From Escherichia coli (GTDB taxonomy: Bacteria > Pseudomonadota > Gammaproteobacteria > Enterobacterales > Enterobacteriaceae), in the NCBI RefSeq assembly GCF_045037415.1, contig NZ_CP173438.1: a DNA stretch of 64,000 nucleotides. One strand, written 5' to 3'. A model generated the notes under the pieces. The model saw nothing but the letters and a program-made list of their open reading frames with translations, had not been told where the DNA came from and made no database searches. A program made the translations under genes and the position numbers. Positions 1 to 14,749 of the stretch are shown here, one piece after another; the stretch's first letter is position 1, and each line of letters opens with the position of its first letter.

Positions 1-530
<530 letters not shown>

Positions 531-595
531 TCGGATGCAGGCAGGGGAAGTGTCTGTTTACCCTGCCTGGTCTGATACGAGAATACGCATAACTT

Positions 596-2187
<1,592 letters not shown>

Positions 2188-2195
2188 AGGTTTCT

Positions 2196-2789
2196 ATGAC
2201 TTCTCTGTATTTAGCTTCCGGTTCTCCGCGTCGTCAGGAGTTACTTGCGCAACTTGGCGTGACCTTTGAACGTATTGTTACGGGCATTGAGGAGCAGCGT
2301 CAGCCGCAGGAGAGCGCGCAGCAGTATGTTGTGCGTCTGGCGCGCGAGAAAGCACAGGCGGGTGTCGCGCAAACGGCGCAGGATCTCCCGGTGCTGGGTG
2401 CGGATACTATCGTTATCCTGAATGGAGAAGTGCTCGAGAAACCGCGCGACGCAGAGCATGCGGCGCAGATGTTGCGCAAATTATCGGGTCAGACCCATCA
2501 GGTGATGACGGCAGTGGCGTTGGCCGACAGCCAGCACATTCTCGATTGCCTGGTGGTCACCGATGTGACTTTCAGAACGTTAACAGACGAAGACATCGCG
2601 GGCTATGTCGCCAGCGGCGAACCGTTAGATAAAGCAGGTGCATACGGTATTCAGGGGCTGGGTGGCTGTTTTGTCAGGAAGATAAATGGCAGCTTTCACG
2701 CCGTAGTCGGCTTACCGCTGGTTGAAACGTATGAATTATTAAGTAATTTTAACGCACTGCGTGAGAAAAGGGATAAACATGACGGCTGA
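2196..2789 (+). CDS. yhdE: Maf-like nucleoside triphosphate pyrophosphatase
   Basis: 197-aa ORF starting [17 protein letters not shown] (Maf family motif); mre-operon position. Confidence 0.9.
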   Translation: MTSLYLASGSPRRQELLAQLGVTFERIVTGIEEQRQPQESAQQYVVRLAREKAQAGVAQTAQDLPVLGADTIVILNGEVLEKPRDAEHAAQMLRKLSGQTHQVMTAVALADSQHILDCLVVTDVTFRTLTDEDIAGYVASGEPLDKAGAYGIQGLGGCFVRKINGSFHAVVGLPLVETYELLSNFNALREKRDKHDG

Positions 2790-4248
2790 ATTGTTGGTAA
2801 ACGTAACGCCTTCGGAAACTCGAGTGGCGTATATTGATGGCGGTATTCTGCAGGAAATTCATATTGAACGTGAGGCGCGACGCGGAATAGTAGGCAATAT
2901 CTACAAGGGTCGTGTAAGTCGTGTACTTCCGGGTATGCAGGCGGCTTTTGTAGATATTGGGCTGGATAAAGCCGCGTTTCTTCATGCATCTGACATCATG
3001 CCGCACACCGAATGTGTGGCGGGTGAAGAACAAAAGCAATTCACGGTGCGCGACATCTCGGAACTGGTCCGTCAGGGGCAAGATCTGATGGTGCAGGTGG
3101 TGAAAGATCCGCTTGGCACTAAGGGTGCGCGCCTGACCACCGATATCACGCTGCCTTCTCGCTATCTGGTGTTTATGCCAGGGGCTTCTCACGTTGGGGT
3201 ATCCCAACGAATTGAAAGCGAATCAGAACGTGAACGCCTGAAAAAAGTGGTCGCAGAGTATTGCGACGAGCAGGGCGGGTTTATCATCCGTACTGCAGCG
3301 GAAGGGGTTGGCGAGGCCGAACTGGCCTCCGATGCTGCTTATCTGAAACGCGTCTGGACCAAAGTTATGGAGCGTAAAAAACGCCCGCAGACCCGTTATC
3401 AGCTGTACGGCGAACTGGCGCTGGCGCAGCGTGTTCTGCGTGATTTCGCCGACGCCGAACTCGACCGCATTCGCGTTGACTCACGCCTGACTTACGAAGC
3501 ATTGCTGGAGTTTACCTCAGAGTACATTCCCGAGATGACCAGCAAGCTGGAGCATTACACCGGACGCCAGCCGATTTTCGATCTCTTTGATGTCGAAAAC
3601 GAAATCCAGCGAGCGCTGGAACGCAAAGTAGAACTGAAATCCGGTGGTTATCTGATTATCGACCAGACCGAAGCGATGACCACCGTGGACATCAATACCG
3701 GGGCGTTTGTCGGTCATCGCAATCTGGACGACACCATTTTCAATACCAATATTGAAGCGACGCAGGCTATCGCTCGCCAGTTACGGTTGCGCAATCTGGG
3801 CGGGATTATCATTATTGATTTCATCGATATGAATAATGAAGATCACCGTCGCCGCGTGCTGCACTCGCTGGAGCAGGCGTTGAGCAAAGATCGGGTGAAA
3901 ACCAGCGTTAATGGTTTTTCGGCGCTGGGGCTGGTGGAGATGACGCGTAAACGCACCCGCGAAAGCATTGAGCACGTACTGTGTAACGAATGCCCAACCT
4001 GCCACGGTCGCGGAACGGTGAAAACCGTGGAAACGGTATGCTATGAAATCATGCGCGAGATTGTTCGTGTCCACCATGCTTACGACTCCGACCGTTTCCT
4101 GGTCTATGCTTCTCCGGCAGTAGCCGAAGCCTTGAAAGGCGAAGAGTCACACTCGCTGGCGGAAGTGGAAATTTTCGTTGGCAAACAGGTTAAAGTACAA
4201 ATTGAACCGCTCTATAACCAGGAGCAGTTTGACGTCGTAATGATGTAA
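2779..4248 (+). CDS. rng: Ribonuclease G
   Basis: ORF-track frame 2761..4248; start chosen at ATG 2779 ([13 protein letters not shown]...), giving 489 aa; RNase E/G catalytic-domain family; overlaps yhdE by 11 bp. Confidence 0.93.
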
Positions 4249-4315
4249 ACAGATGCTGGGCCGCCATCCGGCAAAGGGTTTTTGAGTCACATTTTTAGCA
4301 GACAAGGAGTGACGG

Positions 4316-7300
4316 GTGAGGCGATTGCCGGGGATTTTACTGCTTACTGGAGCCGCGCTCGTTGTGATCGCTGCCCTGCTGGTTAGCGGCCTGCGTATTG
4401 CTTTACCGCATCTTGACGCCTGGCGTCCGGAAATCCTCAACAAAATAGAATCCGCGACTGGCATGCCGGTAGAAGCCAGTCAGCTCTCAGCCAGCTGGCA
4501 GAATTTTGGTCCGACGCTTGAAGCGCACGACATCCGTGCAGAACTAAAAGATGGCGGCGAATTTTCGGTTAAACGCGTTACCCTGGCGCTGGATGTCTGG
4601 CAGAGCCTGTTACATATGCGCTGGCAGTTTCGCGACCTCACTTTCTGGCAGCTGCGCTTTCGCACCAACACTTCTATCACCAGCGGCGGTGGTAATGATA
4701 GCCTGGAAGCCAGTCACATCAGCGATCTGTTTCTTCGTCAATTTGACCATTTCGATCTCCGCGACAGTGAAGTCAGTTTCCTGACGCCATCCGGTCAGCG
4801 CGCCGAGCTGGCGATCCCACAGCTCACCTGGCTGAACGATCCACGTCGACACCGTGCGGAAGGCCTGGTAAGCCTCTCCAGCCTTACCGGACAGCACGGC
4901 GTGATGCAGGTGCGTATGGATTTGCGCGATGATGAGGGGTTGTTAAGCAATGGTCGCGTCTGGCTCCAGGCGGATGACATCGACCTGAAGCCGTGGCTCG
5001 GTAAATGGATGCAGGACAATATTGCGCTGGAAACGGCACAGTTCTCCCTTGAAGGCTGGATGACGATCGACAAAGGCGATGTAACCGGCGGTGACGTCTG
5101 GCTGAAACAGGGCGGTGCCAGCTGGTTGGGCGAGAAGGAAACGCATACGCTGTCGGTGGATAATCTGACTGCGCATATTACGCGTGAAAATCCGGGATGG
5201 CAGTTCTCTATTCCCGATACACGGATCACGATGGACGGCAAACCCTGGCCGAGCGGAGCATTGACGCTGGCCTGGATACCGGAACAGGACGTTGGCGGCA
5301 AAGACAATAAACGCAGTGACGAACTCCGGATTCGTGCCAGTAATCTGGAGCTGGCAGGGCTGGAGGGCGTACGCCCGCTGGTCGCGAAACTTTCACCTGC
5401 ACTGGGTGATGTTTGGCGCTCCACACAACCGAGCGGCAAGATTAACACTCTGGCGCTGGATATCCCGCTTCAGGCGGCAGACAAGACCCGTTTTCAGGCA
5501 TCGTGGAGCGATCTGGCCTGGAAGCAATGGAAATTATTACCGGGTGCGGAACACTTCTCCGGGACGCTTTCCGGCAGCGTAGAAAATGGTTTGCTTACTG
5601 CGTCGATGAAGCAGGCAAAGATGCCTTACGAAACGGTATTCCGTGCGCCACTGGAAATCGCCGACGGCCAGGCAACGATAAGCTGGCTGAACAATGACAA
5701 AGGTTTCCAGCTGGATGGGCGTAATATTGACGTTAAAGCCAAAGCCGTCCATGCGCGCGGCGGTTTTCGTTACCTGCAACCTGCTAACGATGAACCCTGG
5801 CTGGGTATTCTGGCTGGCATCAGTACCGATGATGGTTCACAAGCCTGGCGCTATTTCCCGGAAAACTTGATGGGTAAAGACCTGGTTGATTACTTAAGTG
5901 GCGCGATTCAGGGCGGTGAAGCGGATAACGCGACGCTGGTTTATGGTGGCAATCCGCAACTCTTCCCCTATAAACACAACGAAGGTCAGTTTGAAGTGCT
6001 GGTGCCGCTGCGCAACGCGAAGTTTGCCTTCCAGCCGGACTGGCCTGCATTAACTAACCTTGATATTGAACTGGACTTTATTAACGACGGTTTATGGATG
6101 AAAACCGATGGCGTTAATCTGGGCGGCGTGCGCGCGAGTAATCTCACCGCAGTGATCCCTGACTACTCAAAAGAAAAACTGCTGATTGACGCTGACATTA
6201 AAGGTCCGGGTAAAGCCGTTGGCCCTTACTTTGATGAGACACCGCTGAAAGATTCCCTGGGTGCGACCCTGCAAGAACTCCAGCTCGACGGCGATGTGAA
6301 TGCTCGCTTACATCTTGATATCCCGCTGAACGGCGAGTTGGTAACCGCGAAAGGTGAAGTGACGCTGCGTAATAACAGTCTGTTTATCAAACCACTCGAC
6401 AGCACCCTGAAAAATTTGAGCGGTAAATTCAGCTTTATCAATGGCGATCTGCAAAGTGAACCACTGACAGCAAGCTGGTTTAATCAGCCGTTGAACGTGG
6501 ATTTTTCCACCAAAGAAGGGGCAAAAGCCTACCAGGTCGCGGTGAATCTCAACGGTAACTGGCAACCAGCGAAAACCGGCGTTCTGCCTGCAGCGGTGAA
6601 CGAAGCATTAAGTGGCAGCGTGGCGTGGGATGGTAAAGTGGGCATTGAGCTGCCTTATCATGCTGGCGCGACGTATAACGTAGAGCTGAACGGCGATTTG
6701 AAGAATGTGAGCAGTCACTTACCTTCACCGTTAGCCAAACCTGCGGGTGAACCACTATCGGTAAACGTTAAGGTTGATGGCAATCTCAACAGCTTTGAAT
6801 TAACCGGACAGGCTGGTGCGGATAACTATTTCAATAGCCGCTGGTTGCTCGGTCAAAAGCTGACGCTCGATCGTGCTATTTGGGCGGCAGACAGTAAAAC
6901 GCTCCCGCCGTTGCCGGAACAAAGTGGCGTTGAACTCAATATGCCGCCGATGAATGGTGCCGAGTGGCTGGCCCTGTTCCAGAAAGGCGCGGCGGAGAGT
7001 GTCGGTGGTGCAGCGAGTTTCCCACAACACATAACGTTACGTACGCCTATGTTGTCGCTGGGAAATCAGCAATGGAATAACCTGAGTATTGTTTCGCAAC
7101 CGACGGCAAATGGCACCCTGGTTGAGGCGCAAGGGCGTGAAATCAACGCCACGCTGGCGATGCGTAATAACGCGCCGTGGCTGGCGAATATCAAATATCT
7201 TTATTACAACCCAAGCGTGGCGAAAACTCGTGGTGATTCAACACAGTCATCACCTTTCCCGACAACGGAACGCATTAGCTTCCGTGGCTGGCCAGACGCA

Positions 7301-8116
7301 CAAATACGATGCGCAGAGTGCTGGTTCTGGGGGCAAAAATTCGGTCGCATTGACAGTGATATCACCATTTCTGGCGATACGTTAACGCTGACTAATGGAC
7401 TGATTGATACTGGTTTTGCGCGGCTCACTGCCGATGGTGAATGGGTTAACAATCCGGGGAATGAACGAACCTCGCTGAAAGGAAAACTGCGCGGGCAGAA
7501 AATTGATGCCGCCGCAGAATTTTTTGGTGTCACGACGCCCATACGCCAGTCGTCATTTAATGTGGATTACGATTTACACTGGCGCAAAGCACCCTGGCAG
7601 CCAGATGAGGCGACGTTGAATGGCATCATTCATACTCAACTGGGTAAAGGCGAAATTACCGAAATCAATACCGGACATGCCGGGCAATTGCTGCGCTTAT
7701 TGAGCGTAGATGCCCTGATGCGTAAGCTGCGTTTTGATTTCAGAGACACTTTTGGCGAAGGGTTCTATTTTGACTCCATTCGCAGCACCGCGTGGATTAA
7801 AGACGGCGTTATGCACACCGACGACACGCTGGTGGATGGCCTGGAAGCGGACATCGCCATGAAAGGGTCGGTAAATCTGGTACGTCGCGACCTGAATATG
7901 GAAGCGGTTGTCGCACCAGAGATTTCTGCGACGGTGGGTGTGGCTGCGGCCTTTGCGGTTAACCCCATTGTTGGCGCGGCAGTGTTTGCCGCCAGTAAAG
8001 TGCTGGGACCGCTGTGGAGCAAAGTCTCCATTTTGCGCTATCACATTTCGGGTCCGCTGGACGATCCGCAAATCAACGAAGTGTTGCGACAACCGCGTAA
8101 AGAAAAAGCGCAATGA
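4316..8116 (+). CDS. yhdP: Large AsmA-like envelope protein YhdP
   Basis: 1266-aa ORF with N-terminal TM anchor; length and context match yhdP. Confidence 0.9.
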   Translation: MRRLPGILLLTGAALVVIAALLVSGLRIALPHLDAWRPEILNKIESATGMPVEASQLSASWQNFGPTLEAHDIRAELKDGGEFSVKRVTLALDVWQSLLHMRWQFRDLTFWQLRFRTNTSITSGGGNDSLEASHISDLFLRQFDHFDLRDSEVSFLTPSGQRAELAIPQLTWLNDPRRHRAEGLVSLSSLTGQHGVMQVRMDLRDDEGLLSNGRVWLQADDIDLKPWLGKWMQDNIALETAQFSLEGWMTIDKGDVTGGDVWLKQGGASWLGEKETHTLSVDNLTAHITRENPGWQFSIPDTRITMDGKPWPSGALTLAWIPEQDVGGKDNKRSDELRIRASNLELAGLEGVRPLVAKLSPALGDVWRSTQPSGKINTLALDIPLQAADKTRFQASWSDLAWKQWKLLPGAEHFSGTLSGSVENGLLTASMKQAKMPYETVFRAPLEIADGQATISWLNNDKGFQLDGRNIDVKAKAVHARGGFRYLQPANDEPWLGILAGISTDDGSQAWRYFPENLMGKDLVDYLSGAIQGGEADNATLVYGGNPQLFPYKHNEGQFEVLVPLRNAKFAFQPDWPALTNLDIELDFINDGLWMKTDGVNLGGVRASNLTAVIPDYSKEKLLIDADIKGPGKAVGPYFDETPLKDSLGATLQELQLDGDVNARLHLDIPLNGELVTAKGEVTLRNNSLFIKPLDSTLKNLSGKFSFINGDLQSEPLTASWFNQPLNVDFSTKEGAKAYQVAVNLNGNWQPAKTGVLPAAVNEALSGSVAWDGKVGIELPYHAGATYNVELNGDLKNVSSHLPSPLAKPAGEPLSVNVKVDGNLNSFELTGQAGADNYFNSRWLLGQKLTLDRAIWAADSKTLPPLPEQSGVELNMPPMNGAEWLALFQKGAAESVGGAASFPQHITLRTPMLSLGNQQWNNLSIVSQPTANGTLVEAQGREINATLAMRNNAPWLANIKYLYYNPSVAKTRGDSTQSSPFPTTERISFRGWPDAQIRCAECWFWGQKFGRIDSDITISGDTLTLTNGLIDTGFARLTADGEWVNNPGNERTSLKGKLRGQKIDAAAEFFGVTTPIRQSSFNVDYDLHWRKAPWQPDEATLNGIIHTQLGKGEITEINTGHAGQLLRLLSVDALMRKLRFDFRDTFGEGFYFDSIRSTAWIKDGVMHTDDTLVDGLEADIAMKGSVNLVRRDLNMEAVVAPEISATVGVAAAFAVNPIVGAAVFAASKVLGPLWSKVSILRYHISGPLDDPQINEVLRQPRKEKAQ

Positions 8117-8190
8117 TTTGACGAGGGCGCGTAATTGCCCCAATCTCATATGATAATCGTTGCCAAAGGCCAACGAGCCAGAACATAACC

Positions 8191-8226
8191 GTAGGCCGGA
8201 CAGGGCGTTCACGCCGCATCCGGCAG
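8191..8226. repeat. REP (repetitive extragenic palindrome) element
   Basis: gtaggccggacagggcgttcacgccgcatccggcag matches REP consensus (GCCGGATGCGGCG...CGCC.TATCCGGCCTAC in reverse complement); lies in the yhdP-tldD spacer. Confidence 0.75.
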
Positions 8227-8256
8227 CCGTAAAAAATCCTCTACTGCAGTAACTAA

Positions 8257-9717
<1,461 letters not shown>

Positions 9718-9767
9718 TAATTTCAGTATTTTCAGAAGGATAATTAATCCTTCTCCGTGCACGAACG

Positions 9768-9799
9768 GTCCCCTCGCCCCTCTGGGGTTAGGGGAACCC
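9768..9799. repeat. GC-rich imperfect palindrome (TCCCCTCGCCCCT...GGGG..AGGGGAA), copy 1
   Basis: ggtcccctcgcccctctggggttaggggaacc in the tldD-aaeR convergent spacer; related copy at 25927..25961. Confidence 0.4.
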
Positions 9800-9838
9800 G
9801 TCGGCACAGGTTTGTACAACGTAACAGTACAATATTAA

Positions 9839-10768
9839 TTACTTCTCTTTCCCGCGCCCGTGCATCTCCTGAAACAATTTACCGACCTCAACAAAATAAT
9901 CCGTCAGCGAGTTGATCACGACCTGTACCTTCAGCGGCAGCTTATCTTTTTCGGTATATAACGCATAAACCGGGCGTGGATCTGACTGGTAACGTGGCAG
10001 CAGGATCTCCAGCTCCCCACGATTGATCTCGTTGATCACCCACATCAGCGGCACGTAGGCGATCCCGGCACCCGCCGTCAGCCAGCGCACCAGCGTCATC
10101 GGATCATTAGTCACAAATCTTCCTTGTGGGATCAGGCGAGTCGAGATCCCTTCCGGTGCGATCAGTTCAAATTCATTGTCGGGCCGCACGCTGTATTCAA
10201 GCCATGAGTGACTACTTAAATCGGCGGGTTTTTCCGGTATGCCGTATTGTGTGAGATAGCTTTTTGCGGCGCACACCACCATTGGCATCGCGCCCAGACG
10301 GCGGGAAAACAGGCTGGAATCTTGCAACGCGCCGACGCGGATCACCACATCCAGACCGTCGGCAATCAGGTCGGGGGCAGGAATTCCGGTAACCAGATTG
10401 ACGCTCAAACCTGGGTATTCTTTCAGCATTTTTGCTGTCAGCCCGGCGAGAACATTTTGTGCCATAGTTGAAGAACAGCCAATGCGCAGCGTCCCGATGG
10501 GGGTGTTATTGAAGGCATACAGTTGCTCATGAACATCCTGCACTTCATGGAGCATCCGACGGCAGCCCTGGTAGTAAATTCTACCGGCTTCGGTCAGGCC
10601 AATGCTGCGTGTGCTACGGTTTAACAGCTTTACCTGCAACTCATCTTCCAGTTTTGACACCGTCTGACTGATGGACGAAACGCTCATCTGTAGCTGTCTG
10701 GCGGCGGCGGTAAAAGAGCCAAATTCAACTACTTTGGCAAACACCGACATGCGTTTTAGTCGTTCCAT
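9839..10768 (-). CDS. aaeR: LysR-type transcriptional activator AaeR
   Basis: 309-aa ORF with N-terminal LysR HTH (FTAAARQLQMSVSSISQTVSKLE); divergent from aaeXAB. Confidence 0.9.
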   Translation of the reverse strand: MERLKRMSVFAKVVEFGSFTAAARQLQMSVSSISQTVSKLEDELQVKLLNRSTRSIGLTEAGRIYYQGCRRMLHEVQDVHEQLYAFNNTPIGTLRIGCSSTMAQNVLAGLTAKMLKEYPGLSVNLVTGIPAPDLIADGLDVVIRVGALQDSSLFSRRLGAMPMVVCAAKSYLTQYGIPEKPADLSSHSWLEYSVRPDNEFELIAPEGISTRLIPQGRFVTNDPMTLVRWLTAGAGIAYVPLMWVINEINRGELEILLPRYQSDPRPVYALYTEKDKLPLKVQVVINSLTDYFVEVGKLFQEMHGRGKEK

Positions 10769-10950
10769 TATTCACTCTGACTTAAAAGTGATTTAGATCA
10801 CATAATATAGATAACAGCATAACAGTTACGTTAATATATTAAATATCAATCTACAGCAATGTTGCTCTCGCCCGGCTTTCTATGCCCTTCTCTGCGGCGA
10901 CAGATGCTGAAAATAATAACGCCTGCTCTCTCTATACAACCAAGGTCAAC

Positions 10951-11154
10951 ATGAGTCTGTTTCCCGTTATCGTGGTGTTTGGGCTGTCCTTCCCACCGAT
11001 ATTTTTCGAATTGCTTTTATCACTGGCGATTTTCTGGCTGGTGCGCCGGGTACTTGTGCCAACAGGTATCTACGACTTTGTCTGGCATCCGGCGTTGTTC
11101 AACACCGCGCTCTATTGCTGCTTGTTTTATTTGATATCGCGACTGTTCGTTTGA
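10951..11154 (+). CDS. aaeX: Small membrane protein AaeX
   Basis: ORF-track frame 10882..11154; start chosen at internal ATG 10951 ([16 protein letters not shown]...), 67 aa; immediately upstream of aaeA. Confidence 0.85.
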
Positions 11155-11161
11155 GGTTGAA

Positions 11162-12094
11162 GTGAAAACACTAATAAGAAAATTCTCCCGTACGGCCATC
11201 ACGGTCGTATTAGTCATTCTGGCCTTCATCGCAATTTTTAATGCCTGGGTCTATTACACCGAATCCCCGTGGACGCGTGACGCGCGCTTTAGCGCTGACG
11301 TCGTTGCGATCGCGCCGGACGTTTCTGGACTCATTACCCAGGTGAATGTTCATGATAACCAGCTGGTGAAAAAAGGACAGGTACTGTTCACCATCGACCA
11401 GCCGCGCTATCAAAAGGCGCTTGAGGAAGCGCAAGCCGATGTTGCTTATTATCAGGTACTGGCACAGGAGAAACGCCAGGAGGCCGGACGTCGTAACCGT
11501 CTCGGTGTGCAGGCGATGTCCCGCGAAGAGATCGACCAGGCCAACAACGTACTACAAACGGTTCTGCATCAGTTAGCGAAAGCGCAGGCGACCCGCGATC
11601 TGGCAAAACTGGATCTTGAACGCACGGTGATCCGCGCGCCAGCAGATGGCTGGGTGACCAACCTCAACGTCTATACCGGTGAGTTTATTACCCGTGGATC
11701 AACGGCGGTTGCGCTGGTGAAACAGAACTCCTTCTATGTACTGGCCTATATGGAAGAAACTAAGCTGGAAGGGGTGCGCCCTGGGTATCGTGCGGAGATC
11801 ACGCCGCTTGGCAGTAACAAAGTGCTGAAAGGGACTGTTGATAGTGTTGCCGCAGGGGTCACCAATGCCAGCAGCACGCGTGACGACAAAGGGATGGCGA
11901 CCATCGACTCTAACCTTGAATGGGTACGTTTGGCGCAACGTGTTCCGGTACGTATTCGTCTCGACAACCAGCAAGAGAACATCTGGCCTGCGGGCACCAC
12001 TGCTACGGTGGTAGTCACTGGCAAACAAGATCGCGACGAAAGTCAGGATTCGTTCTTCCGTAAAATGGCTCATCGCCTGCGTGAGTTTGGTTAA
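11162..12094 (+). CDS. aaeA: p-Hydroxybenzoic acid efflux pump, membrane-fusion subunit AaeA
   Basis: 310-aa ORF, GTG start, single N-terminal TM, HlyD-like family. Confidence 0.9.
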
Positions 12095-12099
12095 TCACG

Positions 12100-14067
12100 A
12101 TGGGTATTTTCTCCATTGCTAATCAACATATTCGCTTTGCGGTAAAACTGGCGACCGCCATTGTACTGGCGCTGTTTGTTGGCTTTCACTTCCAGCTGGA
12201 AACGCCACGCTGGGCGGTACTGACAGCGGCGATTGTTGCCGCCGGTCCGGCCTTTGCTGCGGGAGGTGAACCGTATTCTGGCGCTATTCGCTATCGTGGC
12301 TTTTTGCGCATCATCGGCACATTTATTGGCTGTATTGCCGGACTGGTAATCATCATTGCGATGATCCGAGCACCATTATTGATGATTCTGGTGTGCTGTA
12401 TCTGGGCCGGTTTTTGTACCTGGATATCCTCGCTGGTACGAATAGAAAACTCGTATGCGTGGGGGCTGGCCGGTTATACCGCGCTGATCATTGTGATCAC
12501 CATTCAGCCGGAACCATTGCTTACGCCGCAGTTTGCCGTCGAACGTTGTAGCGAGATCGTTATCGGTATTGTGTGTGCAATTATGGCGGATTTGCTCTTT
12601 TCTCCGCGATCGATCAAACAAGAAGTGGATCGAGAGCTGGAAAGTTTGCTGGTCGCGCAATATCAATTAATGCAACTCTGTATCAAGCATGGCGATGGTG
12701 AAGTTGTCGATAAAGCCTGGGGCGATCTGGTGCGACGTACTACGGCGTTACAAGGTATGCGCAGCAACCTGAATATGGAATCTTCCCGCTGGGCGCGGGC
12801 TAATCGACGTTTAAAAGCGATCAATACGCTATCGCTGACGCTGATTACCCAATCCTGCGAAACTTATCTTATTCAGAATACGCGCCCGGAATTGATCACT
12901 GATACTTTCCGCGAATTTTTTGACACGCCGGTAGAAACTGCGCAGGACGTCCACAAGCAGCTCAAACGCCTGCGGAGAGTGATCGCCTGGACCGGGGAAC
13001 GGGAAACGCCTGTTACCATTTATAGTTGGGTCGCGGCGGCAACGCGTTATCAGCTTCTCAAGCGCGGCGTTATCAGTAACACAAAAATCAACGCCACCGA
13101 AGAAGAGATCCTGCAAGGCGAACCGGAAGTAAAAGTAGAGTCAGCCGAACGTCATCATGCAATGGTTAACTTCTGGCGAACCACACTTTCTTGCATTCTG
13201 GGCACGCTTTTCTGGCTGTGGACGGGCTGGACTTCCGGCAGTGGTGCAATGGTGATGATTGCGGTCGTGACGTCACTGGCAATGCGTTTGCCGAATCCAT
13301 GCATGGTGGCGATCGACTTTATCTACGGGACGCTGGCAGCGCTGCCGTTAGGGCTGCTCTACTTTTTGGTGATTATCCCTAATACCCAACAGAGCATGTT
13401 GCTGCTGTGTATTAGCCTGGCAGTGCTGGGATTTTTCCTCGGCATAGAAGTACAGAAACGGAGATTGGGCTCGATGGGGGCGTTGGCCAGCACCATAAAC
13501 ATTATCGTGCTGGATAACCCGATGACTTTCCATTTCAGTCAGTTTCTCGACAGCGCATTAGGGCAAATCGTCGGCTGTGTGCTCGCGTTCACCGTTATTT
13601 TGCTGGTGCGGGATAAATCGCGCGACAGGACTGGACGTGTACTGCTTAATCAGTTTGTTTCTGCCGCTGTTTCCGCGATGACTACCAATGTGGCACGTCG
13701 TAAAGAGAATCACCTCCCGGCACTTTATCAGCAGCTGTTTTTGCTGATGAATAAGTTCCCAGGGGATTTGCCGAAATTTCGCCTGGCGCTGACGATGATT
13801 ATCGCGCACCAGCGCCTGCGTGATGCGCCGATCCCGGTTAACGAGGATTTATCGGCGTTTCACCGACAAATGCGCCGCACAGCAGACCATGTGATATCTG
13901 CCCGTAGCGATGATAAACGTCGTCGGTACTTTGGCCAGTTGCTGGAAGAACTGGAAATCTACCAGGAAAAGCTACGCATCTGGCAAGCGCCACCGCAGGT
14001 GACGGAACCAGTACATCGGCTTACGGGTATGCTCCATAAGTATCAACATGCGTTGACCGATAGTTAA
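12100..14067 (+). CDS. aaeB: p-Hydroxybenzoic acid efflux pump subunit AaeB
   Basis: 655-aa polytopic membrane ORF directly after aaeA. Confidence 0.9.
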   Translation: MGIFSIANQHIRFAVKLATAIVLALFVGFHFQLETPRWAVLTAAIVAAGPAFAAGGEPYSGAIRYRGFLRIIGTFIGCIAGLVIIIAMIRAPLLMILVCCIWAGFCTWISSLVRIENSYAWGLAGYTALIIVITIQPEPLLTPQFAVERCSEIVIGIVCAIMADLLFSPRSIKQEVDRELESLLVAQYQLMQLCIKHGDGEVVDKAWGDLVRRTTALQGMRSNLNMESSRWARANRRLKAINTLSLTLITQSCETYLIQNTRPELITDTFREFFDTPVETAQDVHKQLKRLRRVIAWTGERETPVTIYSWVAAATRYQLLKRGVISNTKINATEEEILQGEPEVKVESAERHHAMVNFWRTTLSCILGTLFWLWTGWTSGSGAMVMIAVVTSLAMRLPNPCMVAIDFIYGTLAALPLGLLYFLVIIPNTQQSMLLLCISLAVLGFFLGIEVQKRRLGSMGALASTINIIVLDNPMTFHFSQFLDSALGQIVGCVLAFTVILLVRDKSRDRTGRVLLNQFVSAAVSAMTTNVARRKENHLPALYQQLFLLMNKFPGDLPKFRLALTMIIAHQRLRDAPIPVNEDLSAFHRQMRRTADHVISARSDDKRRRYFGQLLEELEIYQEKLRIWQAPPQVTEPVHRLTGMLHKYQHALTDS

Positions 14068-14070
14068 GTC

Positions 14071-14099
14071 AAAACCGACGCCTGAAGCGTCGGTTTTTT
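14071..14099 (+). terminator. Rho-independent terminator after aaeB
   Basis: aaaaccgacgc-ctgaa-gcgtcgg followed by tttttt, 4 bp after aaeB stop. Confidence 0.7.
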
Positions 14100-14158
14100 C
14101 ATGGCTATACTTAGCGATGAACGGCAGAACTCGCCGCGAAACGTGACGGTGGCAACAG

Positions 14159-14431
14159 ATGAATATTTATACCTTTGATTTTGATGAGATTGAGAGTCAG
14201 GAGGATTTTTATCGTGACTTTAGCCAAACCTTTGGTCTGGCGAAAGATAAGGTACGCGATCTCGACTCACTATGGGATGTGTTAATGAACGATGTCCTGC
14301 CGCTACCACTTGAGATTGAATTTGTTCATCTGGGAGAGAAAACGCGTCGCCGTTTTGGCGCGTTAATATTGCTGTTTGATGAGGCAGAGGAAGAGCTGGA
14401 AGGGCATTTGCGTTTTAATGTTCGTCATTAG
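14159..14431 (+). CDS. yhcO: Barstar-like protein YhcO
   Basis: 90-aa [30 protein letters not shown]..., barstar-like fold family. Confidence 0.8.
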   Translation: MNIYTFDFDEIESQEDFYRDFSQTFGLAKDKVRDLDSLWDVLMNDVLPLPLEIEFVHLGEKTRRRFGALILLFDEAEEELEGHLRFNVRH

Positions 14432-14433
14432 CG

Positions 14434-14458
14434 CAAAAAAAGCCCCCGAACCGGGGGC
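14434..14458 (-). terminator. Rho-independent terminator of yhcN (hairpin shared with yhcO 3' end)
   Basis: gccccc-gaacc-gggggc hairpin; on the minus strand it is followed by a U7 tract (A-run 14435..14441 on plus). Confidence 0.65.
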
Positions 14459-14485
14459 AATATCGTCGGACAAGACGATGAGGGT

Positions 14486-14749
14486 TTATTTGTACAGTTC
14501 AGCCGTAGCGTGCCAGGTGTCACCACTACGAGCTTCAGTAATCTGGTAGGCCGTTGCGCCTTTCTCTTCCGCTTTTTTGTTCAGCATTTCACGCATATCC
14601 ATTGGCGAAGACGCCACACCACTTACGGATACGGTCCCGATTGCTTCACGATTTTGTGCTTGTGCAGCATCAATGGAGTCGGCAGCGAATGCACCGAAAG
14701 AGAGAACAGAAAGTACGCTTAATGCAGCAACAGTGGTTTTGATTTTCAT
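14486..14749 (-). CDS. yhcN: Periplasmic DUF1471-family stress protein YhcN
   Basis: ORF-track frame 14486..14800; start chosen at ATG 14749 (MKIKTTVAALSVLSVLSFGAFA, signal peptide) with GAGGT Shine-Dalgarno 7 nt upstream; 87 aa. Confidence 0.8.
   Translation of the reverse strand: MKIKTTVAALSVLSVLSFGAFAADSIDAAQAQNREAIGTVSVSGVASSPMDMREMLNKKAEEKGATAYQITEARSGDTWHATAELYK

Noticed and set aside
2761-2778. Upstream N-terminal extensions offered by the ORF track (rng 2761, aaeX 10882, mdh 15952, degQ 19585, rplM 21561, nanT 26001, nanE 27527, nanK 28216, gltB 35658, yhcC 36192, ptsN 43720, hpf 44185, lptA 46915, kdsD 49029, mlaD 51798, mlaB 52922, ibaG 53456, rplU 56804)
   Set aside because: Internal ATG/GTG starts give the known N-termini and protein lengths, have Shine-Dalgarno sequences, and avoid long overlaps with upstream genes; the extensions are longest-ORF artefacts.
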